A stretch of DNA of 64,000 nucleotides, taken from NCBI GenBank assembly GCA_044229975.1, contig JBGARZ010000010.1, positions 160,001 to 224,000 of the forward strand, in the 5' to 3' direction. The notes under the pieces were generated by a model that saw nothing but the letters and a program-made list of their open reading frames with translations, made no database searches and was not told where the DNA came from. How positions within the stretch are numbered: position 1 is the stretch's first letter; each line of letters starts with the position of its first letter. The position numbers and the translations under genes were made by a program. The stretch comes from Polyangiales bacterium. Lineage in GTDB: Bacteria; Myxococcota_A; Polyangia; Polyangiales; Ga0077539. Below are positions 38,798 through 48,006 of this stretch, piece by piece.

Positions 38798-40902
38798 ATG
38801 ACTGCCGAGAGCCCGAACGATATCTCTGTCGCGTCCGTGGTGGCCAGTTCGCAGCCGGATCCGCTGGTTCCCGCGGGACTCGCCGAGTGCGCGATCTGGG
38901 CGCGCCACTTCTGGAACACCTGGCAGCTTCTCCCGATCTGCACGATGGTCACGGTCCCGATGCGTCGCGTTGGCGACTACGCCTTCGTCGACATCCTCCT
39001 GGTGCTGCTCGCTCATGCTTGCAGCGGCAATCGCTCTCTCGGGGAGACCTCTTGCCGGTTCCGGCCCGTCGCGCCCGCGCTCATGTCGCTGTGGGGTCGC
39101 GACGCGATGCCCTCCGCGTCGCAGATCGGTCGATGGCTGGCTCGCATCGATGAGTGGTCGATGGAGGCGTGGCGATCCCTTTTTTTCACGACCTCTGTCA
39201 GCACGGGGTGCGCGGATCACGCCTGGGCGGCGTCTTCGGCGCGGACGGTCGCCGCTCGTTGATCTTTGACGCCGATGGCACTCGCGTCGCCGTGCGCCAG
39301 CGTGCGGTGCCGGAGGATGAGTCACGGCCGCCGGTGTTCCGTCGCGTGAGCCCGTCGGCCGCGGCGCCAGGTCACACGGGACGCAAGCGCGGCGAGATGG
39401 TTCGAACGCGCATGACGGTGCAGCTGCGGCACACCAGCGAGTGGCTCGGCACCTTTGGCGAGCCCGGCAACGGCGACGCGAATGCGGCGGTCGAGCGCGT
39501 GTGTCAGGTCGTCACCGCCTACCTCAAGGCCCACGACCTGCCGCTCGCCCTCGGCGTCGTGCGCCTGGACGGTGAGCACGGCTGGCTGCACCGCATCGCG
39601 CGCATCGTCGACCACGGCCTGGGCTATCTGGTGCGGTGCTGCGACTACAAGATCCTCAAGAGCCCGATCCTCGCGGCGGCGCTGGCAGCCGGTGCGATCG
39701 CTCGCATGACCCACGAAGACACGGGGGTCGTGCGCGAGCTGTTTGATCTGCCGGCCTACCCCTGGAAGACGCTTCGCGGCGGCGTCCGGAGTACGCGGCT
39801 CGTCGTCGCGCGGCGGCGGGTCCCGATGGACGTCAAGGTGACGGTTGGCAAGCGGGTGGGCGAGTGGGTCTACGAGATGATCGCGACGGACCGTACGGCC
39901 TCCGAGTGGGACGCCGCCCAGGTCTTCGCGCTCTACCTGGAACGTGGCGCGTTTGAGCGCACGCTCGGCGAGGAAGACCGGGAGCTGCCGACCGATCGCT
40001 GGGTGAGCTACCGCGAGAACGGGGAGGAGGTCTGGCAGATCCTCTGTCAATGGATCTGGAACCTCCGACTGTGGCGAGGCGTGGAGGCGCTGGGGGCGGT
40101 GCCTGATCGAGACGTCGTGGACACGCTCGCGGAGGCGATCGAAGGGGAGTCCGTCACGCTCTCGGAGACCGAGCTGGTCTTCGTCAGTGACGCGATCGTG
40201 GAGCCTGCGGTCGAGGCGTCGGTGGAGCCTGCGGTCGAGGCGTCGGTGGAGCCTGCGGTCGAGGCGTCGGTGGAGCCTGCGGTCGAGGCTCAGGTCGTGG
40301 CAGTGCCGTTTGGATCGGGTGCCTTTCGACAACGAAGCGCGTTGCTGGTGGTCTGCCCGTCAGGCGTCGAGATGCACGCCTCGGAGCGGGTCCATCTCGC
40401 GAAGGAATCCCGGATTCGGTATGCCGCTCCTGGGGCCAAGTGTGCGGAGTGCGAGTGGTCCATGGCCTGCCGCGGGTCGACCGCGAAGGAGGCGCGGGGT
40501 CGTCGGATCACGATGCGCGACGGGTCGAGTGCGGCGCCCCCCTTGGCCTCGCAGCCATCCGCCGATCCGGTGATGTCGTCGGCGCACGCGCGGGATGTGG
40601 CGCCCCGCTGGGAAGCACGTTGGGAAGCGACGCCGCTCTGGCATGAGACGTTGAGGGGCGCCGCGCTGCGGCGGTACCTCCCGAAACTGCTGGCGGGCCA
40701 GCGAGTCCGTTGTGACGTGATCGAACGCCCATCTCAACCGCCACCACCGTCCCGACGGAGTCAGCGAGCGAAGCGAAGGACACGCTGGCACGAACGCTGG
40801 AGCCGGAACCTCCTGACCACTCGCGTCTGCACCATCACGCTCCCCGGGATCCACGCGGAACTCGCAAAAGTCGTGGACTTACCGACAGTCCGCGCCGGCT
40901 GA
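38798..40902 (+). pseudogene. DDE transposase split by a -1 frameshift at the T7 run 39180-39186
   Basis: GAGGTG RBS and ATG 38798; frame 1 ...WRSLFF, frame 2 FFHDL...FDADGT, RLDGEHG, YLERGAFE; stop lies inside the right TIR. Confidence 0.8.
40198..40289 (+). repeat. 24-bp tandem repeat x3.8 encoding VEPAVEAS inside the transposase
   Basis: GTGGAGCCTGCGGTCGAGGCGTCG repeated. Confidence 0.95.
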
Positions 40903-41013
40903 TGCACATCGCGTGGGCCTACCATTGACCGGGGCGAACGGAGCGCGACGGACGCGGAGCCTGCACCGTGAACCCCGGCCCGCCGCGACGAGGCCTCAGA
41001 ATCAGCCGCTGCC

Positions 41014-41868
41014 CTACCGAATCACCCCCACAAACACCACCGCCCCCAACGCCAGCGCCGCGTAGCGATACCGCAGCCGCACCGCGCGCAACCCCCGCCG
41101 CTCGCCCCGTCGCACCAGCGCTACGATCGTCGCCAGCCACCACGCCGCGAAGGCCGCCGTCGCTCCCGCGAGCGCCCACCGCCCCGCGACGCCGCGCGCG
41201 AGCCACCACGTCACCACCGGCAGCGCCGCGAGCCCGATGGACGCCGCGAGCAGCGCACCGCGCACGCCCGTCACCACGGCCACGGTGAACACTTCACCCG
41301 CCAGATCGTCGTCGCGGTCTTCGGCTTCGTGCAGGAGCTGGCTCACCACCAGGAGCAGCGCGAAGAGCGCGACGAGCAGGCGCAGCGGAGCGCTGGGTGA
41401 GCGCGGCGTGTCGGCCAGGAAGAGGCCGGGGAGGGCGATGACGACGTTCCAGAGCGTGCCGAGGACGGGGACGCGCTTGAGGCGCGGCGGCGCGGAGTAC
41501 ACCGTGGCGGCGACGAGCAGCAGCAGCGTCGGGACGAGGCCCGCGGGCGAGAGCCACGCCGACAGCGCGACCGAGAGCAGCGCCGGCGGAACGGAGAGCA
41601 GCAGGGCCTCGCGGCGACCGAAGCGGAGGCCGACGGGGTTCTTTCCGGCGCGCTGATCGAGGCGATCATCGAAGGCCTGGTTGACCGCCGACATGAAGGC
41701 GAGGGCCATGGTCCAGGCGGCGAGCCCGCCGACGAGGGAGCGCACGCTGCGGGTGTCGCCCGCGCACCAACCGGCCAGCGGGAGCGGGAGGAAGTGCACC
41801 CAGTCGAGCACGCGATAGAGGCGCGCGAGGTCAGCCACGCTGAGCGGTGCGGCGCGGGTTCCGATCAC
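41014..41868 (-). CDS. UbiA superfamily prenyltransferase
   Basis: NQAFDDRLD...KNP, YSAPPRLK, HEAEDRDDD; multiple TMs; GTGA overlap with radical SAM stop. Confidence 0.85.
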   Translation of the reverse strand: MIGTRAAPLSVADLARLYRVLDWVHFLPLPLAGWCAGDTRSVRSLVGGLAAWTMALAFMSAVNQAFDDRLDQRAGKNPVGLRFGRREALLLSVPPALLSVALSAWLSPAGLVPTLLLLVAATVYSAPPRLKRVPVLGTLWNVVIALPGLFLADTPRSPSAPLRLLVALFALLLVVSQLLHEAEDRDDDLAGEVFTVAVVTGVRGALLAASIGLAALPVVTWWLARGVAGRWALAGATAAFAAWWLATIVALVRRGERRGLRAVRLRYRYAALALGAVVFVGVIR

Positions 41869-42887
41869 GGCGCGGAGGTCCCGAGGGCGACGTCGACGGC
41901 GGAGAGGAGGAGGCGCACGTCGAGGTCGAGGATGCGGTTGACCTCGTACGACGGAACGCACGCGCAGCCGGGCCCGGTGGGCGGTGCGAGCTCGTCGAAG
42001 GCGCGGGTGAAGCCGCGCGCGCGGCCGTTGCCGGGCGTGACCTGGGCGCGGGTGAGGAGGCAGTGGGAGACGGTTCCGTCGCTGAAGACGTAGCCGTAGT
42101 AGGTGCCCGCCCAGCAGTGGTCGCAGTCGAGCAGGTAGCGCTGCCCCTCCTGGCGGGCGAGGGAGGCGTCGGAGTTGCCGACGGGCGCGCCCTCGCGCTT
42201 CCGGGCGCGGAGGTGACGCGCGAGCGAGGCGATGCGCTCGTGGCGGATGGACGGGGCGATGGGGCGCAGGACGTCCATGGCGGCGTCGTGTTCGAGCTGG
42301 AAGAAGGCGCGGATGCCGTGGGCGCGCGCGACATCGAGGACGTGGTCGACGTGATCGACGCCGGCCGCGGTGAGCACGGTCATGGTGACGACGGCGACGT
42401 CGCGCGAGCGGAGCGTGTCGATGGCGCGCAACACGCGGGCGTACGAACCAGCATGGCGCTGGCGGTCGTGGAGGCTCTCGGGGCCATCGAGGGTGACGCA
42501 CGCGAGGTCGAGCCCGGCGAGCTCATCGATGCGATCGGGGACGAGCCAGCCGTTGGTGTTCATCGACGCATGAACGCCGCGCTGCTTGAGGTGACGGAGC
42601 ACGTCGGCGAGGCCGCGGTAGAGGAGGGGTTCACCGCCGATGAGGCTGGCGCGGCCCATGCCGCCGGCGTGGAGGTCGTCGATGGCCGCGATCCATTCGG
42701 AGGGCGACATCTCCTCGATGCGCTGAAGCGGGATGTGGCAATAGTCGCAGCGGAAATTGCAGCGGTTGGTGAGCGAGAGCGTCACCTGGAAGGGGCTCTT
42801 GCGGCGCGTGACACGGCGGGCTCCGAGCTGGAGAAGCGGGAGCGCCCGGCGGGCGATGGAGTGCAGCGTGGTGGGTTCGCTGCTCAT
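41865..42887 (-). CDS. Radical SAM protein with Twitch/SPASM-like C-terminus
   Basis: CNFRCDYC, GGEPLL, MNTNG, CWAG...DGTVSHC...CAC. Confidence 0.9.
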   Translation of the reverse strand: MSSEPTTLHSIARRALPLLQLGARRVTRRKSPFQVTLSLTNRCNFRCDYCHIPLQRIEEMSPSEWIAAIDDLHAGGMGRASLIGGEPLLYRGLADVLRHLKQRGVHASMNTNGWLVPDRIDELAGLDLACVTLDGPESLHDRQRHAGSYARVLRAIDTLRSRDVAVVTMTVLTAAGVDHVDHVLDVARAHGIRAFFQLEHDAAMDVLRPIAPSIRHERIASLARHLRARKREGAPVGNSDASLARQEGQRYLLDCDHCWAGTYYGYVFSDGTVSHCLLTRAQVTPGNGRARGFTRAFDELAPPTGPGCACVPSYEVNRILDLDVRLLLSAVDVALGTSAP

Positions 42888-42954
42888 CGCCGGGCGACGC
42901 TAGCAACGCGCCGCGCGGAGGGTCAAGGCGCGTACCATCGCGGCATCTCACCCG

Positions 42955-44244
42955 ATGCCCCTCTTCCCTCGTCGCCTGCCCCGCGGTCAGCTCTACTTCG
43001 AGCCGCTAGGCGTCCTCGCCGACGCCGTCCGCCGGCTCGGACCGACGCCTCCCGCGGGCTCCGTCGTCCGCCGCTTCGAGCGCGCCTTCGCCGATGAGCT
43101 CGACGCCCCCGCGGCCGTGGCGCTACCCCACGCGCGCGTGGCGCTCCACTACCTCCTGCAGGTGCTCGCGCTGCCGCGCGGCAGTGAAGTCGCGATGACC
43201 CCGGTGACCATCCCCGAGATCGTCTCGGTCGTGCTCATGGCGGGCCTCGTCCCGGTCTTCGTCGACCTCGCGCCGTACACCTGCAACATCGACTGCGACG
43301 ACCTCGCGCGGAAGATCACACCCCGCACCCGCCTCCTCCTCCTCACCCACCTCGGCGGCCTCCCCTCCGAGATGGACTGCGTGATGGCCCTCGCCGCGCA
43401 ACACAACCTGGAGGTGCTGGAGGACTGCTCGCAGGTTCCGGCCACGCGCTATCGCGGCCGTGCGCTCGGTCTCTTCGGTCGCGCGGGCTTCATGAGCCTC
43501 ACGCCGCTCAAGCCGGTCTCCACCTTCCACGGCGGCATGACCATCACCCACGACCGCGCCCTCGAACGCGAGCTCCGCCGCCTCGTCGACGGGTCGCCGC
43601 CGCCGCTGCCGCCGCGCGAGATGCTGCGGCTGCTCGTGCGCGACCAGGTGCTGCACGCGACGACGCACCCGACGGTGTTCTCGCGACTCACCTGGTACGG
43701 GGTGCGCGCGGGCGAGGCGCTGCGCCCGGAGGTGGTGCGCGAGTTTCAGCGGGGCAATCTGTTCAACGACCCGGCGCGGCGACGACGGGTGGTGCGGCTC
43801 GACCGGCTGCCCGATCGGATGCTGGCGCGCTACTCGGACCTGCAAGCGGCCATGGGGCTGCGCGGGCTGCGCACGCTCGCGGCGGGCAACGTGCGTCGGC
43901 GGGAGCTGTCACTGCTGCTATTGGGGCTGCTGCGCGACGCGGGTATTGCGGGGCTCGTGCGCATCCCGGTGGATGAGGGCGACTGCACGTTCTGGCGCTT
44001 CCCGCTGTGGGTGGAGGAGGCATCGCGCATCCCGGCGCTGCGACGGCGACTGCTCGCGCGCGGGGTTGATACGTCGCCGACGAACCTGGAGTGCTGCTCG
44101 CGCGAGGCGGCCTTCGTGGAGCGCAACGCCGACACGCCTGAAGCGCGGAAGTATGTGGATGGGATGATCTTCCTGCCGATGCACCCGGCGCTCACCGAGG
44201 CGGACGTCCGCCGCATCGCGCGCGAGGTGGCCGAGGTCACGTAG
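42955..44244 (+). CDS. DegT/DnrJ/EryC1/StrS PLP-dependent aminotransferase
   Basis: FERAFA, PVFVD, LEDCSQ, SLTPLKP (Schiff-base Lys), FLPMHPAL. Confidence 0.88.
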   Translation: MPLFPRRLPRGQLYFEPLGVLADAVRRLGPTPPAGSVVRRFERAFADELDAPAAVALPHARVALHYLLQVLALPRGSEVAMTPVTIPEIVSVVLMAGLVPVFVDLAPYTCNIDCDDLARKITPRTRLLLLTHLGGLPSEMDCVMALAAQHNLEVLEDCSQVPATRYRGRALGLFGRAGFMSLTPLKPVSTFHGGMTITHDRALERELRRLVDGSPPPLPPREMLRLLVRDQVLHATTHPTVFSRLTWYGVRAGEALRPEVVREFQRGNLFNDPARRRRVVRLDRLPDRMLARYSDLQAAMGLRGLRTLAAGNVRRRELSLLLLGLLRDAGIAGLVRIPVDEGDCTFWRFPLWVEEASRIPALRRRLLARGVDTSPTNLECCSREAAFVERNADTPEARKYVDGMIFLPMHPALTEADVRRIAREVAEVT

Positions 44245-44272
44245 TACTTCGCCACAGGGGACCTGGAGGGTC

Positions 44273-44390
44273 GGAGAAGGACCGCAAGGGTCGCAAGGGT
44301 CGCAAGGGTCAGAGGGATGGATACGAGGTGAAGGTCTCTCGCTCGAACGGCTCTTCCCTTGCGTCCCTTGCGCGCTGGCGGCCCTTCTCC
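44273..44390. repeat. REP-like imperfect hairpin built from CGCAAGGG / CCCTTGCG units
   Basis: GGAGAAGG..(CGCAAGGGT)x3 ... CCCTTGCGTCCCTTGCG..CCTTCTCC. Confidence 0.6.
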
Positions 44391-44501
44391 GAACACGCGT
44401 CGCCCGTCGCTCCGCGACGGTGAGGGGCGTTGGGCTGACGTGAGCGGGTGCTCCGATCGTTCGCGCACTCCCGCTCCCCTATGGCATCGTCGCGCCCCGC
44501 C

Positions 44502-46325
44502 GTGCGACCCCTTCAGCTCCGCTCGCTTCTCCCCCTGCTCCTCGCCCTCGGCTGCGCCGCGCCCGCGGCCTTCGCTCCCGCCGACGCGGGCGCTCGCCGC
44601 GATGGCACCGCCCTCGATGGCAACGCCGCCTGTGGCCTCTGCGCGGGCCGCTCGTACACGCCCTGCAACGCCGACGGAACACCCGGCCTGCCCGTCGGCT
44701 GCCCCGGCGCGTGCTCGCCCGGCCGCGGGTGTGCGACGTGCGTCCCGGGCCAGTCGGTGTGCGTCGGCAACGACGTGCATCGCTGCGGCGACGACGGTGA
44801 GCCCGGCGCCGTCACCGAGTCCTGCGACGTCGCCAACGCCATGCTCTGCCGCAACGGCGCGTGCGTGTCGGCCTGTCAGACAGCGGAGAACCAGCCTTCC
44901 AACGTCGGCTGCGAGTTCTGGGCGGTCGACCTCGACCAGCAGGACGCCCTCAACGACCCGGCGAGCGCACCGTGGGGCGTCGCCCTCTCCAACGTCGGCG
45001 AGTCGCCCGCGCGTGTCACCGTCGAGATCAACACCGCGCCCGTGGGACAGCCCATCCAGACCACGGTCATCGCCCAGGAGACGGTGAACCCCGGCAGCCT
45101 CCGCCCGCTCGTCCTCCCGACGCGTGAGCTCGACTGCGGCGCGCGACCCAACGACTACGCCGCGCCCGGCACCTGCCTGTCGTCCAACGCGTTTCGCATC
45201 CGGTCGACGTCGCCGATCATCGTCTATCAGTTCAACACCTTCTCCAATTCGTTCTCCAACGACGCGTCGCTGCTGCTGCCCGCCAACTCCCTCGGCCGCG
45301 TGTACCGCGCCATCGGGTGGTCGGCCGGGCACCCGATCCCGCTGCTGGGCATCATCGATCGCGCGTACGTCACGGTGGTCGGCGTGCGACCCAACACCCG
45401 CGTCACGGTGCGGCCGACGTGGCGAATCCGCGGCAACGCCCCGATCATGGCGACCATGCCGGGCGGCGAGATCGTCGCGACCCTCGGGCCCTTCGACGTG
45501 CTCAACCTGGAGACCGCCGACGGCGCCTTCGGCGACGACCTCACCACCATCGCCGACCTCAGCGGAACCTCCGTCGTCACCACCGAACCCGTCGCCGTCT
45601 TCTCCGGGACGGAGTCGTCCATCGCGCCCGGCGGCGCGCTGGAGGTGCCGCGACCCCCGGGCAAGCCCGGTCAGACGTGCTGCCTCGATCACCTCGAAGA
45701 GCAGATGTTTCCGGTGGAGTCCATCGGCACGCGCTACGTGATCCCGCGCAGCGCGGTGCGGTCGACCTCCAGCTTCCGCGAGCCCGACGTCCTGCGCTTC
45801 GTCGGCGCCGCCGAAAACGCGACCGTCACCACCACGCTGCCGGCGCCCTTCGACTCGTTCACGCTGCGCCCCGGCGAGGTGCGCACCACCTGGACGCAAG
45901 ACAACGTCATCGTCTCCTCCGACCGGCCCATCGTCGTGGGGCAGATCCTCGTGAGCAACGGCTACGTCGACGGGCCCTCCATCGGCGACCCGTCGCTCAC
46001 CGTGTTTCCCCCGGTGGATCAGTTTCGCGCGGACTACATCATCCTGACGCCTCCCGGGTGGACGCAGAGCTGGGGCGTCGTCGTCGCCGAGGTCGGCGCC
46101 GAGGTGACCATCGACGGGCGCGCCCCCACCGGGTGCATCGTCGAGCCCGCGGGCCCCCTTGGTGGGGTCACGTACGAATCGCGGCGGTGCCCGCTCAGCG
46201 ACGGCGTGCACCGGCTCGCGGGCGACCGTCCGTTTGGCGTGGTGGTGTACGGCTACGGCGGCGCCGGGTCGTACGCCTTCGTGGGCGGGGCCGACGTGCG
46301 GCGCATCTACGACCCGCCCGGCTGA
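44502..46325 (+). CDS. Lipoprotein with IgGFc-binding protein N-terminal domain
   Basis: ALGC lipobox; SNVGCEFWAVDLD, VYQFN, SNDASLLLP, DHLEEQMFP, GDPSL, YGYG...SYAFVGG (alternative start 44481). Confidence 0.85.
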   Translation: MRPLQLRSLLPLLLALGCAAPAAFAPADAGARRDGTALDGNAACGLCAGRSYTPCNADGTPGLPVGCPGACSPGRGCATCVPGQSVCVGNDVHRCGDDGEPGAVTESCDVANAMLCRNGACVSACQTAENQPSNVGCEFWAVDLDQQDALNDPASAPWGVALSNVGESPARVTVEINTAPVGQPIQTTVIAQETVNPGSLRPLVLPTRELDCGARPNDYAAPGTCLSSNAFRIRSTSPIIVYQFNTFSNSFSNDASLLLPANSLGRVYRAIGWSAGHPIPLLGIIDRAYVTVVGVRPNTRVTVRPTWRIRGNAPIMATMPGGEIVATLGPFDVLNLETADGAFGDDLTTIADLSGTSVVTTEPVAVFSGTESSIAPGGALEVPRPPGKPGQTCCLDHLEEQMFPVESIGTRYVIPRSAVRSTSSFREPDVLRFVGAAENATVTTTLPAPFDSFTLRPGEVRTTWTQDNVIVSSDRPIVVGQILVSNGYVDGPSIGDPSLTVFPPVDQFRADYIILTPPGWTQSWGVVVAEVGAEVTIDGRAPTGCIVEPAGPLGGVTYESRRCPLSDGVHRLAGDRPFGVVVYGYGGAGSYAFVGGADVRRIYDPPG

Positions 46326-46361
46326 GTTACTGTCGCGTCCGCTCCGACGGAGGGCCCGCGC

Positions 46362-47744
46362 ATGGCTGACCAACACGACGAACCCGACAACCCCAACGTC
46401 CCCGGTCACGAGTGGTTCGGGCCGCTCTCGCTGCAACCGCTCAAGCAGTTGGGGAAGTTCGTCAACGAGTGCGACGACTTCACCAAGGAGCTGCGCGTCG
46501 AGAGCCGGTCGTCGGTCTTCAAGGCCCACCCCGGCATCAAGAGCACCTTCATCACCGACATGGCGGGCCTGGAGTTCGTCTTCGACGCGAAGCCCGAAGA
46601 GCTCGACCGACTCAAGGACGAGCACCCGGGCTTCGGCGGCCTGGCGTTCAACCCCCAGATGCTCGGCGACGTGGTGCCCGCGCTCATGACCCACGCGGGC
46701 AATCACGCTCCGGCGCGCAAGCTCATCCTGGAGGTGCTGAAGCTGCGCCGCGCGTCCTTCAAGCCCGCCTGCGAGAAGGTGCTCCACTACGGCATCCCGA
46801 TGCTGCGCGAGGCGCCCCGCGGCACCCCGGTGAACTTCCAGCACGCGATGCACCACGCGGCCATCAGCATCTGCTTCGAGTGGCTCTTCGACCTCACCCT
46901 CGACTCCCCGACCGCGGGCGCCGACGCCGAGAGCTGGATCAAGGGGTGTTTCAGCCTGAGGTCCGATCAGCCCATCGCCAACGCGCTCGCCCGCCTCGTG
47001 GGCCGACTCAAGAACGGCCCCAACGCCAGACAGCGCGACTACGGCGCCAGGACGATGGACGCCATCCGCGGCAGCGCGCCGTACTCGTCCTTCGTCGAGG
47101 TCGCGCGCCAGGTGGGGGTGCCCGAGAACGACGTCGCGGCGCACCTGATGTTCGCGGCCAGCTTCAACGCCACCGGCGGCGCGTGGTCGACGCTGCACCC
47201 GGCCCTCGCGCAGCTCTCCGTCGACGCCGTCACGCGCGCCCGGCTGGCGAAAGAACTCCTCGCGTTTCGCGGCACCGTCTACGAGCTCGACAAGCTCCCG
47301 CACCTCCACGATTTCTTCCTGGAGTCGATGCGCCTCTTCGGCCGTCCGCGTCACTACTACCGCCGCGCGAAGGTCGACCTCGACATCCCCGTGAGCGTCG
47401 GCCCGTCGGTTCACGTCAAGGCAGGCACCACGCTCTGCCTGGTCGCCACCAGCGCCCGCCAGGACCGCACCGTGTGGGGCGACGACGCTGCCATCTTCGA
47501 CCCCGAGCGCTACGCCCGCAAGCCCGAGCTGCGCGCCCGCGTCCACCCCTTCGGCCCGTCACCGAGCTCGCCCAGCCAGTACGGCTGCGCGGGCATGGAA
47601 GACCACGTCGCGGCGATTCTCTGGAAGACGCTCGCCGCCGCGCTCGGCCGCTCCGTCGACTGGAAGCTGTCGCCCTGGCCCGAGCCCGACGTCGACGCCT
47701 TCGCCGGCGTGCGCCCCGCCGAGTTCAAGTGGGTGCGCGAGTAG
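46362..47744 (+). CDS. Cytochrome P450 of the CYP74 clan (allene oxide synthase/hydroperoxide lyase-like)
   Basis: I-helix AHLMFAASFNATGG; ESMR (ExxR); RAKVDLDI; FDPERY; extended heme loop HPFGPSPSSPSQYGCAG; RBS GGAGG. Confidence 0.85.
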   Translation: MADQHDEPDNPNVPGHEWFGPLSLQPLKQLGKFVNECDDFTKELRVESRSSVFKAHPGIKSTFITDMAGLEFVFDAKPEELDRLKDEHPGFGGLAFNPQMLGDVVPALMTHAGNHAPARKLILEVLKLRRASFKPACEKVLHYGIPMLREAPRGTPVNFQHAMHHAAISICFEWLFDLTLDSPTAGADAESWIKGCFSLRSDQPIANALARLVGRLKNGPNARQRDYGARTMDAIRGSAPYSSFVEVARQVGVPENDVAAHLMFAASFNATGGAWSTLHPALAQLSVDAVTRARLAKELLAFRGTVYELDKLPHLHDFFLESMRLFGRPRHYYRRAKVDLDIPVSVGPSVHVKAGTTLCLVATSARQDRTVWGDDAAIFDPERYARKPELRARVHPFGPSPSSPSQYGCAGMEDHVAAILWKTLAAALGRSVDWKLSPWPEPDVDAFAGVRPAEFKWVRE

Positions 47745-47753
47745 GCGCGGGCG

Positions 47754-47977
47754 CCGGAGTTCGCGTGCCCCCATGAGCCGGGGTGCAGTCGCTCACTCCG
47801 GGCTATTTCACGTGCTCACCTCGCGGCGCGAGGTTGCGGTAGCTCGGGGTTGCCGATGAACGGTCAATGGGTCGTCCATTGAGGTCAGTGCTGCAACCCC
47901 GCGCCGCGGGGTGACAACCTGAAATAGCCCGGAGTGAGCGACTGCACCCCGGCTCATGGGAGGCACGCGAACTCCGG
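47754..47977. repeat. Long palindrome between convergent P450 and lipoxygenase genes (REP/MITE-like; possible bidirectional terminator)
   Basis: CCGGAGTTCGCGTGCC..CCATGAGCCGGGGTGCAGTCGCTCACTCCGGGCTATTTCA pairs with TGAAATAGCCCGGAGTGAGCGACTGCACCCCGGCTCATGG..GGCACGCGAACTCCGG. Confidence 0.88.
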
Positions 47978-48006
47978 GGCCCACCGCGCGCTCGGATGAG
48001 CCCCGA

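Larger units (their letters stand above)
38698..40917 (+). mobile_element. Insertion sequence, IS1380-like, 2220 bp
   Basis: Perfect 26-bp terminal inverted repeats CCCACGCGATGTGCATCAGCCGGCGC (38698-38723 and 40892-40917); 4-bp target duplication CCTA (38694-38697 and 40918-40921). Confidence 0.9.
38513..40981. repeat. Long palindrome (about 98-bp arms) interrupted by an IS
   Basis: Left arm 38513-38610; right arm 38660-38697 plus 40922-40981; three mismatches. Confidence 0.9.

Noticed and set aside
43830..47546. 1238-aa minus-strand ORF
   Set aside because: Antisense to DegT, IgGFc-binding and P450 genes
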